This document shows positions 54,111 through 64,000 of a stretch of 64,000 nucleotides of DNA, in pieces; the stretch's first letter is position 1, and the number at the start of each line of letters is the position of its first letter. This stretch comes from Ginglymostoma cirratum (Eukaryota), in NCBI GenBank assembly GCA_024137785.1, contig JAHRHZ010000025.1:26892989-26956988 (forward strand), read 5' to 3'. The notes under the pieces are model-generated. The model made no database searches and was not told the DNA's origin. It saw only the letters and a list, made by a program, of their open reading frames with translations. Made by a program: the position numbers and the translations under genes.

Positions 54111-54422
54111 TTTATTTAGACGCTGTCTTGCCAAACTTAGCGCAACCCATCTTCGCTCACAGTTTGCTTTGAAGTGAAAAGTGCAACCGAGTTTTTTATT
54201 GCTGAAATTGTACTCAATGTTTTATTAGGATTGCAAGAAGTTAGGTGCAAATTCTAGATGATTGTGTGTGTGAACCCCATTATAGTTACTTCGCCACTGG
54301 TTAACTCCAAGTGATAGTAACAGGAGACGTTCTGTCCCAGTTAAATGCTGCCAATACCCAGGCCTGCTCGACTCTGATTTTCAACGTGTTTGTTTGCTTT
54401 GGTTGGAGGAGGAAACAATACA

Positions 54423-54440
54423 CACTGCCCTCTACCGGCA
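54423..54440 (-). promoter_or_regulatory. Candidate CTCF site
   Basis: Minus strand TGCCGGTAGAGGGCAGTG, one mismatch to the CCASYAGRKGGCRS core. Confidence 0.55.
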
Positions 54441-54511
54441 ATTATCCTACATTGTTATCACATTGCTGTCTGGTGCCCTTCGAGGTAAACACAACCGCTG
54501 TACTTAATTAA

Positions 54512-55083
54512 GAGATAACAAGGTGTAGAGCTGGATGAACACAGCAGGCCAAGCAGCATCAGAGGAGCAGGAAGGCTGACATTTCGGGCCTAGACCCTTT
54601 TCTGANNNNNNNNNNNNNNNNNNNNNNNNNNNNNNNNNNNNNNNNNNNNNNNNNNNNNNNNNNNNNNNNNNNNNNNNNNNNNNNNNNNNNNNNNNNNNNN
54701 NNNNNNNNNNNNNNNNNNNNNNNNNNNNNNNNNNNNNNNNNNNNNNNNNNNNNNNNNNNNNNNNNNNNNNNNNNNNNNNNNNNNNNNNNNNNNNNNNNNN
54801 NNNNNNNNNNNNNNNNNNNNNNNNNNNNNNNNNNNNNNNNNNNNNNNNNNNNNNNNNNNNNNNNNNNNNNNNNNNNNNNNNNNNNNNNNNNNNNNNNNNN
54901 NNNNNNNNNNNNNNNNNNNNNNNNNNNNNNNNNNNNNNNNNNNNNNNNNNNNNNNNNNNNNNNNNNNNNNNNNNNNNNNNNNNNNNNNNNNNNNNNNNNN
55001 NNNNNTGATGCTGCTTGGCCTGCTGTGTTCATCCAGCTCTACACCTTGTTATCTCAGATTCTCCAGCATCTGCAGTCCCTACT
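54512..55083. mobile_element. Family A foldback insertion spanning the assembly gap
   Basis: Inverted arms on either side of the Ns; perfect 16-bp TSD ACCGCTGTACTTAATT at 54494-54509 and 55084-55099. Confidence 0.88.
54606..55005. other. Assembly gap (400 N)
   Basis: Run of n. Confidence 1.
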
Positions 55084-56394
55084 ACCGCTGTACTTAATTG
55101 CTATTTACAAAACAGTGGCTAGCATGGTATCATAATATAACTCTGTTCTCAACAATACAAAGTATATTTTATATTAAATGTTATATTTTATTCCAGTCTC
55201 CTCATGCTCCCAGTCCTCCCGGATATTCACAAGACACTAGAGGTCTACTGTGCCTCAAAGGGCAAGCGAATGACATGGGATGCATTTTACTTTGAAACAC
55301 ATGTCCAAGAAAGTGTTAAGTCAGCCACAAATAAGTAACAAAAATGTTGCTGGATAGAAATCCAGTGGGTGCACAACATGGCTTTGGCCATGAAATTTGC
55401 CACTAATTAGTTTTGGAGTGTTTGCGTTCCAAATTCCAAATCTTCCAAAATGTTTCAAGATATTACTAATACCTCCATCCAGCCCACCCCACCCGTGGCT
55501 CAGCTGGTAAATGGATTGTACAACTGAAAGGATTGTACAACTGAAAGGGACAGACTCCACTGCTCTTTTGTCCAAATATCTGCCACCACATCAAGTAGTT
55601 TTACTAAATGGATCTCCATCTCAAAAGATTCCTTTGCAGGATGATACTGCCCCTTTAAAAACATTCAGAATCATCTCAGAGATCATGTAAAGTTTATATA
55701 ACGCCCTAGAGTTTTATTCTAATGACAAATGACAATGCTGAATATTTTAGCTGTGCTACTGAATTGCAACTCAAGTACACCATCAAAAGTTTTGTCTGCA
55801 AATATATCAAATAATACCACAGTGTTGCAGTCTTTTTCCTTTCTTTTTCTCACCCCTTAATATGTAATTTCTAGAGTACTTGGTTACCAAGTTCTGCTAG
55901 CTAACTAAAAGCTTAGCTTGTTCAAGAGAAGGCTTTTGTATTTATTTCAAAACACATTGAATTCAGAGTAGAATAACTCCATTCAATAAACAACAAAGAC
56001 TGGCACTGGAAACTATCCTTCCTATTTACATTTCTACAGGATTGGTGTTAGCAACTGTTTGTATTGTTATGTGTTCTTCGACCACAACTACCACCAACTG
56101 TTGAGTACTTTCAGTCTGGTTTAACCTCTAAAATACTCCAGCAAAATTTACACCTTTATTTTGCATGAATTACTCTTTGAAAGCTGACTGTGAATGTTGT
56201 AAGAATATGAAAAAATAACAATGCGACTTTATCTTTTCTCTTATTCTGGGAATTTTTAAAAATATTTCCCCTTTCCTCTAGCATAATTTTATGATATGAT
56301 CTATTCTCAAGATTTCCATAACTTAGCAGAAAGGCCTTGTATCAGCAGACTTGCACTGTATGCAAATCTTTACCACATCGCTGCTAGTTACTCA

Positions 56395-56520
56395 CATGTG
56401 AATGTACAAATTTGGAGCAGGAGCTGACCACTCGACCCCTTGAACCTACTCTACCATTCAAAAGCTCATGGCTGATCCAATTACTACGTATTCCCATCTG
56501 TTTCCGATAAACGTTCAGCC
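56395..56520 (-). mobile_element. CR1-type 3' end
   Basis: Minus strand gatcagccatgagc..ttgaatggtagagtaggttcaaggggtcgagtggtcagctcctgctcc. Confidence 0.6.
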
Positions 56521-59130
56521 TTTTATTTGTCAAGGATGTGAAGTATTTCCCACATCTTCCAGTAGGTGGCAGTGATGAAGATTGTTTGAGACAGTTCACT
56601 GCCACCAATCTTCCTTTGTCTTTGCTTTGTCTTGGGCTTATCTGCTGGATAGTGCTGGAGGATACACCGCCATGGACAACTTTCAGAAGTGGCACCATTC
56701 TCAGATAACAAGAAGGCTTAGTGCATGATAGCAAGAAGTACAACTGCATTTGGTCAGACATAATTACTAGGACCTTAGGGAACTGTTAAGGATACATCAG
56801 CTCCCTCTGAAAGCAAGAATAGAACTTCTGATCTCCACCCACAAGAGATGTGAGATCAATAGAATGGGTAAAGACAATGAAATGTAACATTATACCCTTC
56901 AGAAACATTAACTTATGCAATATCTTGCTCCAAGTCAATTCATTGTGAAAAATAATACATACATACATCTACCACTACCACAACTCCTTCAAGCCTTTGA
57001 CTTCGCAAATGCAAGTGGTCTTCAAGTTTCACACTTTTCTTGGAAAGTATCCTTTTTGGTCTTGGAATTGTAGCTGTCATGCTTGAAGACAGTTGACTCT
57101 GATTCTGATCTATGGATCACTTCTCCACTGGAGGATCCTTTATTTTTGGATACCCTTCACAGTTGATCAATGAAAATTTCCTGAATATGTCCAAATAGGT
57201 TGTACTACTCATTCTTGCTCTCAGTACTTGCATGTTTTACTGAACTCTAGCCTCATATTTGCCTTCGGTGATGACAGCAATGTTTTCCAGACTTGGCAAT
57301 CCTATATAACCACTGACTTTATAATAGGAGGTCTGACTCAGTCCTGGCTATACACCTGACAATGTCTAAGTCACCTATGTATCCTTTCCAGAACATCTTC
57401 CCCAAGGGAAGTTGGAAATCTAAGGTTTTGGAGTAGATTTGTAGTTGGAAATACTTGTCTTCTGTCATGTACTAGTAAATCATCTGTGATTCTAAATGCT
57501 GCTGGTGCTCCAAGCGGGTGTTCTCAGCCAACTTGGGTTTACGATCTGGCCATCCTTCGAAACAACACTTGCGAATAGTAGCACAGTCTTGGCCACACTT
57601 CTGCTCTTGTTAAATTTTGTCAACTCGATTTTGGCTGATTGGCCACTATTTTTTCTCAGCCATACGAAAAATTCCTTTTTATCCCTTCATAGATAATCCG
57701 AATGGATTTGTCTTTTTGGTTCTACCATAAGTCTATGAAGTCCAAATTGCAGCTTGATGAGATGGTCAACAACTGTTTGTTTCTGGACCAGGTTTTTCTC
57801 TGGGAAGTAGTTAAATTCCTTCCACTCTCCTAAGGAAGTTGAAATCATGACTCATGTTCAGGTCCAAATGTAAAGGTGGTTGTTTGTGGATGATGTGCAC
57901 ATTTTCTACTCTCTTATATGTGTTATGCTGTAGTGTAACTTATAGCATTCCTTTTCTCTTGGTGGTTATTTCCTCCATGCCACATAGTCTCATCTCTATA
58001 GGTTGTAGTTGCTACTTCTTCGGTTATGATAACTTGTCTAATAGGATTGTAACCTCAGCACTGATATCAACCTTAAATTTTCAGGATGTCCATTGACATT
58101 AAAAAGTTCTATGAAACCTGAATCACTGGGATTGCAAAAATTCTGAATACTTTGGTTATTTTTCTGAAGGAGATTTCTCTACCATATTGAGATTTTTGCA
58201 TGTGTGATCTCGTCCTTTTCTGCAGCTCTTCACTTGTGTAATACTTCTATACTGGATACTTGATTTTGAGACAATGCAGTATATTAAGAGCCATCACCTC
58301 CAGGAAAGAAAATCTTGCTTTCTGCATGATCCTTCAATGACCTTGAATCTGATGGGACATGTTATATCTTTTTCCACTTCTTCACAGTGTGCTGATTAAT
58401 CTAATTACTGTAAAGTTATGTATTTTAAATCTGCATTATTTCAATGTTGTTTTTGTGCCCTGTAATCTGCTGTGATTTAAGCTTGTCGTCTTGTATTCGC
58501 CTATTTCAAATTGAATGACTGATGGCTGAAGAGTCTGCTTGACTTGTACCACAGCCTTTCCTTTTCTAAAATGTCTTTTTAATTTTATATTTTGTAATGC
58601 AGTACTAAATTCTTCAATAGAGGTTTAAATTGTATTACAGACTATTCTGTAGTCATTTACTGTGTTTCAGCTTTTTAAATCTGATTCTTAACAAGACTGT
58701 ATCTCTATTCAGCTCTATGGGATTCCCCCATCCTTTTCAGAGTTTTCCTGCATTGTTTAATGATAAAAGCAGCGATCGGCCGTTGTTCAGGATCTGTCCA
58801 CATTCTGCACTCTTGCCAGGTAAATAGATGTCTTTCCACCTTTCACAGTCCAAAACACTTTCTTCAACTCAAATTTCTAAATAAGTTCTCTCACTGTGAC
58901 CTTTATAAATCTTCCCACAAAAATTGTGGCTTAGTTATTGGTCCTTTAAGCCTTTAATTGTTCCTGGTTCTTCTTCTGCTAGATTCTTTCACTGGAAACC
59001 TTTAAATTAGTTCATTTTTAGCTTAAATAAAATCTGACACCTTTCCTGTCCTGTAGCCTCAGTCTAAATTTCTGATCTGGCTCTTTCAATGTACCCTCCC
59101 TCATGGAGTCTGATGTTGATGGCAGCAAAA
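56520..59130 (-). mobile_element. Degenerate Ty3/Gypsy LTR-retrotransposon internal fragments
   Basis: Protease-like KFKVDISAEVTI (~58045-58080), VY*PGL (~57340-57358), and RT-like GKYFTSL (~56530-56560). Heavily decayed. Confidence 0.5.
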
Positions 59131-59147
59131 CTTGTTACGAGAAGTGA

Positions 59148-59277
59148 GAGATAGAAGGAACTGCCGATGCTGGAGAATCTGAGATAACACAGTGTGGAGC
59201 TGGATGAACACAGCGGGCCAGGCAGCATCAGAGGAGCAGGAAAACTGACGTTTCAGGTCTGGACCCTTCTTCAGAAA
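59148..59277 (-). mobile_element. Family A hammerhead-bearing short element, single full-length ~130-bp unit
   Basis: gagatagaaggaactg...ctgacgtttcaggtctggacccttcttcagaaa; flanking repeat GAGAAGTGAGA at 59139-59149 and 59286-59296. Confidence 0.88.
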
Positions 59278-59849
59278 AATGAAGTGAGAAGTGAGAACTC
59301 CCTTTTATATGACTTTGTCTTCCATTTCTAGTCTTTGCAATTTCTTTTATAAAGTCCTTCCTTATTAAATAATAATTTCTAACCTTACCTCCTGGAACCT
59401 TCAGTTGTTCCTTATAAAGCCTCATTCAGTAATGTCTCCTTATTTTCTAAGTGTAACTGACTTTTCTGTCTTTTCCAATCGACACTCCTGTCCCAGCACT
59501 TCCTATCAGCTTCTGAATAAGGTTTAACCTCTGGAATACCAAGCTTGCTCTTTTGCTACCTCCATCACTGCTGTATCTCTCACTATCAGTAATTGTGCTT
59601 CAGCTACTCACTGACTGTCTTCTCAAAGTGGTAATGCTTTTAAAGTGATAAGTACATTAACTTGATTTTTTTTTCCTTTTTTTCTGGGTCTATGCATTTC
59701 CTCCTCCTGGTGGGGTCAGATTCACACCACTGCAAACATGTGCCATTTTCCCAGACTATTCCTGATATTTTGTGGTATTTGCCACCTCTACCAGTACTTG
59801 GTACTGAGTAAGGGTTGTTTGAGGAAATTCAGACTTCACACTTCGCTGT

Positions 59850-61000
59850 TCTTGACTAGTACGTGTGTTAGAATCTAATGTCTTGCTAGCGTGTTAAATG
59901 TTGCTCTTCCATGCCTTCAATATCTGAGCATATTCTGCACATAGTTGAAATATGGTACAGTTCCCTCAGTTTGTTCCTGTTGTACGTCAATGTTTTTCCA
60001 TTCAATGTTGTGGCCTCATTGCATCTAGGCTCATTTTGGATACCACTGAGGATAATCATGAAAGCTTCAGTTGGATGGATAACTGTGACCGGCAGACCTG
60101 GAGTTTTGGGAGTTTCATAGCTGCATGTCAGTTATTCGCTATCATCGTTCTCCTTTGTTTCTCAAGAAGCTTGCCCTAAATCTTGTGCAACTTGAGAAGA
60201 TGACAGCTCGGTAGTACTGTTCTAACTTGCTTGTCAAACATAATCTCCGCTGATGCTGGCAAGCCTATAGCCAGGGGTGTAGCTCTTTGGTGGAACAAAG
60301 CAATACGGTAATCTTGTCACCCTGCATTTTGTGATTGGTGCTTTGACAGTGCAAACCATTTGTTCAGTGCCACCATTGGATCTGTGGAAATTTGGTGAGA
60401 CTATCACATGGTTTATGTCTCAGTTGGCACCCATGCCCTTTAATATATCCCTATATACTGTAACCCATTGTCAGAAATGAACTGTTCAAGTATCCTGAAC
60501 AGACTGAATATTGTACTCATTGTGTTTGCCACAGACATTCTTGAAGTGTCCTTTAAATGTCTGACAATTGGAAATTTGGGAAAGTAGTCAGTGAGTCGAA
60601 GAAAATCATCATTGTGTAGGGTACCCAAGTCTGTAGTAATTTTAGACAGGGATTGATGGAATCTCATGAGGGTATGGCGGTTGGTTGTGTTGCTTGGTGG
60701 TTCTGGCACACCTCACACCTCTTCACTATCATCTCTATGTCATTGATGATCCCTGGCCAACACAGAATATCCCACACCAACTGTCTTCTTCACTATATGC
60801 CTATACATTCTTGATGTAGCTGCAACATTTATGTCCTGGTGAAGTTCTTTTGATACAAAAACTCATAACCCCTTTAGAAGTAACACTTCTTGAGGTACTT
60901 GGTTCATCTCTGTGTGACCCACAACATCTGAAAATGCCTGGAACGTCTGTTATTCTGTCAGACCACCCAAACTATCTGTTTCTACCTGAAGTTGTCCTGA
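59850..61000 (-). mobile_element. Gypsy integrase pseudogene
   Basis: DILCWPGIINDIE, TDYFPKFP, ISDNGLQY, HVIVSPNFHRSNGGTEQ and ALFHQRATPL..G.PASAEIMF occur in the canonical order. Confidence 0.85.
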
Positions 61001-61680
61001 TTTATGTCAACTAAAATTCATCAGATCAACCGTAAACACATCTACCCTTTCTATGAAGATCCAGCAATGTAGCTGCTGTCTTTCTTTAGCTCAAAAATGC
61101 TGGCCAGTGCTATTATTGGCTGCAGCTCAAAATTTTTGTTTGTTTTGCATACTTTTTTCAGAAAAATTAGAACTTAATCTTTGCTTGAAAAGGCTCAAAA
61201 ATCAGGTACTTACTTTCCTGAAGTGATTTTTCTCTCTCTGGGACCCGAGTGCAAATATAACTTCTGTGCTACTCCAAGTTTTGTCTGAGACCTTCTCCTC
61301 TGGTTTTCAAACTCGCACCACTGCTATGTTTTATTAAGAAGAATCCCCAGTACTCATCAGCATGTTGTATTTCTTGTGTTATCAGTAACACAGATTGAGT
61401 AGCGTGAAGTCTGTTTACTTGAAAATATAATGCAGGTTTATTTAGCAGCTCAGACTGCAACTTATAGTCACAGATAATTATGTCTGCATCCCTCTATTCC
61501 TCTTATAGCAAGCTTCTGTGGGATGACACATGGCACTGATCATGTGGATTTCAAGCACGTCTTTGGCTCATTGGCATATCTAGTTCTTAAAGCGTTACAG
61601 CTCTTAAAACAATGACACAAAATTCAGTACCTTTGGAAATGAACCATTCTTACTGTTAACAATTCAGTTCACAGGAGACC

Positions 61681-61849
61681 AGGCAGCATCAGAGGAGCAG
61701 GAAAGCTGACGTTTCAGATCTGGACCCTTCTTCAGATAAACTTCAAAACGTCAGCTTTCCTGCTCCTCTGATGCTGCCTGGCCTGCTGTGTTCATCCAGT
61801 TCCACACCTTGTTATCTCAGACTCCAGCATCAGCAGTTCCTACTATCTC
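61681..61849. mobile_element. Family A foldback insertion
   Basis: Antisense arm 61681-~61737 and sense arm ~61745-61849; TSD TTCACAGGAGACC at 61668-61680 and 61854-61866. Confidence 0.88.
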
Positions 61850-62470
61850 TCAATTCACAGGAGACCTCTATTGTCAATTGCAGCATTTATGTTATCACGT
61901 GAAAAGAGAAGAGTGAAAATGTGGGTAAAACAGCAAAGGATAATAAAGAAAAGTCCACTGAAGAGAGGAGGAAAATAGGGAAAGTGAGAGTGGAAACAGC
62001 AAAAGTCAAAGTAAAAGGACAAAGGAATATAAGAGTGATGCACGAGTCACAGGAATCTTGGAAAGAAAGAAACAGAAAGAAAAGTGAACCCAAGAAAAGC
62101 AGAAGAGAGAACAAAGTTATGCACCTATAGAACATCTTTCATGAGCCCAGAACATTCTCAACTGCATTACAGCCAATAAGGCATGTTTGAAGTACAGTCA
62201 CTAATGCATGCATCACAGCAGTCAGTGAGTGCATAGCAAGCTCTCACAGACAGTTGTGTGACAATGAACAGATAATCAGTAGAGGGTATTTGTTCAGTGA
62301 TAACTTTCACTTCCCTATCCACTTCCTCCTTAAACCTCTCTCTGTTATTTCTTTCCTCCTTCTCCTGCAAAAAATGTGCAAGGAATGTTTAGACATTTTG
62401 CCATGGTAACCGAATCCATCTGTTCACCCATTGGTGCAACTTTCTTCTTATCCACTATGTCAAACATCCT

Positions 62471-62567
62471 GTTCTGAAGAAGGGTCACTGGACCCGAAAC
62501 ATTAACTCTAATTCACTCTCCACAAAGGCTGCCAGATCTGCTGAGCTTCCCCAGCAATTTCTGTCTT
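62471..62567 (+). mobile_element. Family B copy with well-formed hammerhead core
   Basis: gtt-CTGAAGA-a-GGGTC actg GACCC-GAAAC-att-aac (62471-62506); gtcaaaca repeated on both flanks. Confidence 0.8.
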
Positions 62568-62944
62568 AAGTCAAACACTTCTCTGTTCCCTAGCTTGACT
62601 TCTAGATCCTTGTCTTCCTGCAGTTTCTTTTTGATCTCTCCGCATATGCTTGTTGGGTACATCTTGCCCATGAGATTCATTTTATTCTCTTATAACCGCA
62701 ATTCTTACTGAAGTATTAACCAGCCAATTTCCTTTCACAGCTCCGTAGCAGTTGATATTGTAATTGGTTCACTTTTCTCAGGAGCTGTTTCTCTTTTTAA
62801 AACTGCTACAATCTTCCGCTTCTCAAAAAAAAAACCCTGGATCCTGATGTCCTAGCAATCTTCACTCCATCCCCAAACAGCTTGAATATGCTTTTCATAT
62901 TCATTGTCATGTTTCTATCTCTGATCTTAACCAAATGCCAAATA

Positions 62945-64000
62945 ACATGAAAGAAAAATACTGCAGATTCTCGAAATCTGAAATAAAAACCAAAATACTG
63001 GAAATATTCAGCAGTCCAGGCAGCCTCTGTAGGGAGAAAACAATGGGTGACATTTCATCTGAAGTGGATATAGTTAAAGATGTAACACAGTATGGAGCTG
63101 GAGGAACACACAGGCTAACAGCATCAGAGGAGCTGGAAAGTTGACGTTTCGGGTCGCGACCCTTCTTCAGAAATAACATGAAAGCAAAATACTGCAGATT
63201 CTCGAAATCTGAAATAAAACCCCAAAATACTGGAAATATTCAGTAGACCAGGCCAGCCATTTCTGAAGAAGGGTCCCGACCCAAAACGTCAACTTTCTTG
63301 CTCCTATGATGCTGCCTGGCCTGCTGGTTTCCTCCAGCTCCACACTGTGTTATCTCAGACTGCAGCATCTGCAGTTCTTACTATCTCAATAGTTAAAGAT
63401 TTAACAGTTTCTAAACAAACACAATGTTTGCAAAAGGGGCACAGGAGGAGAGAAGAATTTTTTATGACCTTTAAGAGCTAAAGGAAATGTCTATGATTTA
63501 GTGAAGGCAAGAGTGCTTAAATGGCAAAAGGAACAATGGTGTGAAGCAGATGAGGAGAATCATTACCAACAGTTACTTACTGAACAAACAAAGAACAAAT
63601 AAGAATAAAAAAACAAATAAAGAGATTATGATCTCAATGTTAAATCCGAAAAGGTCCTAATCATTACATGATTTGCTATCTGTCAAGTTTATGTTACATT
63701 TCATTGGAATAGTTTACGAGGTAGAGAACAGGAAGGCCATAGCCAGAATAACATAGAGAATTAAAGCAACCAGAAGACTGTGTTCATGCTTGTCGATTGA
63801 ACAAAAGGATGACTGCATCATGAGTAGCAAATGCAGGATACTGAGTTGAAAGAAATACAAGAAAAGTAATGTCTCACCTAGAGCGGTTGTCTGGGCACTG
63901 GACAGTGGGAAGAAAGGAGGTAAAAGGACATGTGTTGTATCTCTGCATCAGACATGATGGCATGGCGAAAAGAGTGTGGAGTGGGGTTGTGGAGGATATT
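62945..64000 (-). mobile_element. Penelope-like element 3' portion (family B terminus plus decayed GIY-YIG C-terminus)
   Basis: Family B end at 62945-63060. The minus strand at ~63630-63655 reads PFGFNIE (cf. the PLE P.GLN.E terminus), with coding-like debris to the window edge. Confidence 0.55.
63083..63387. mobile_element. Family A foldback insertion with locally copied spacer
   Basis: Antisense arm 63083-63173, spacer 63171-63258, sense arm 63259-63387; TSD ATAGTTAAAGAT(G/T)TAACA at 63070-63087 and 63389-63406. Confidence 0.88.

Noticed and set aside
54559-55032. 157-aa ORF
   Set aside because: Consists almost entirely of Ns.
55513-55546. 17-bp tandem duplication; also poly-G ~2811, poly-C ~47457, (GTT)n ~43426
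   Set aside because: Ordinary slippage products with no sign of function.
61900-62135. Lys/Glu-rich ORF and hydrophobic antisense ORFs
   Set aside because: Low-complexity purine-rich tract; no splice or homology evidence.

Overview
Eukaryotic, vertebrate DNA. The repeats (HE1-type V-SINE, HER1/CR1 LINEs, Penelope-like termini) point to a cartilaginous fish, most likely a shark; the species cannot be fixed from sequence alone. The only host protein-coding gene is an intronless class III POU gene, POU3F1 (Oct6/SCIP), at 43988-45136 (+). It has a CCAAT-rich promoter and lies in a TE-poor, CpG-retaining block (~33.5-47 kb). The flanks are decayed mobile DNA: CR1, Rex1/Babar, an L2/CR1-group LINE, Penelope, Gypsy, a Harbinger-type Myb/SANT remnant and tRNA SINEs, often nested. 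A 2.7-kb G-rich 33-bp minisatellite sits inside an apparent non-autonomous retroelement. The most unusual signal is a ~130-bp element beginning with a minimal hammerhead-ribozyme core. It is present five times between 52.5 and 63.4 kb, four times as TSD-flanked inverted (foldback) insertions with twin-priming-like junctions; one copy has captured ~86 bp of neighbouring DNA as its spacer. Almost all ORFs in the track other than POU3F1 are TE debris or repeat artefacts. All calls were made by eye and no database searches were run.
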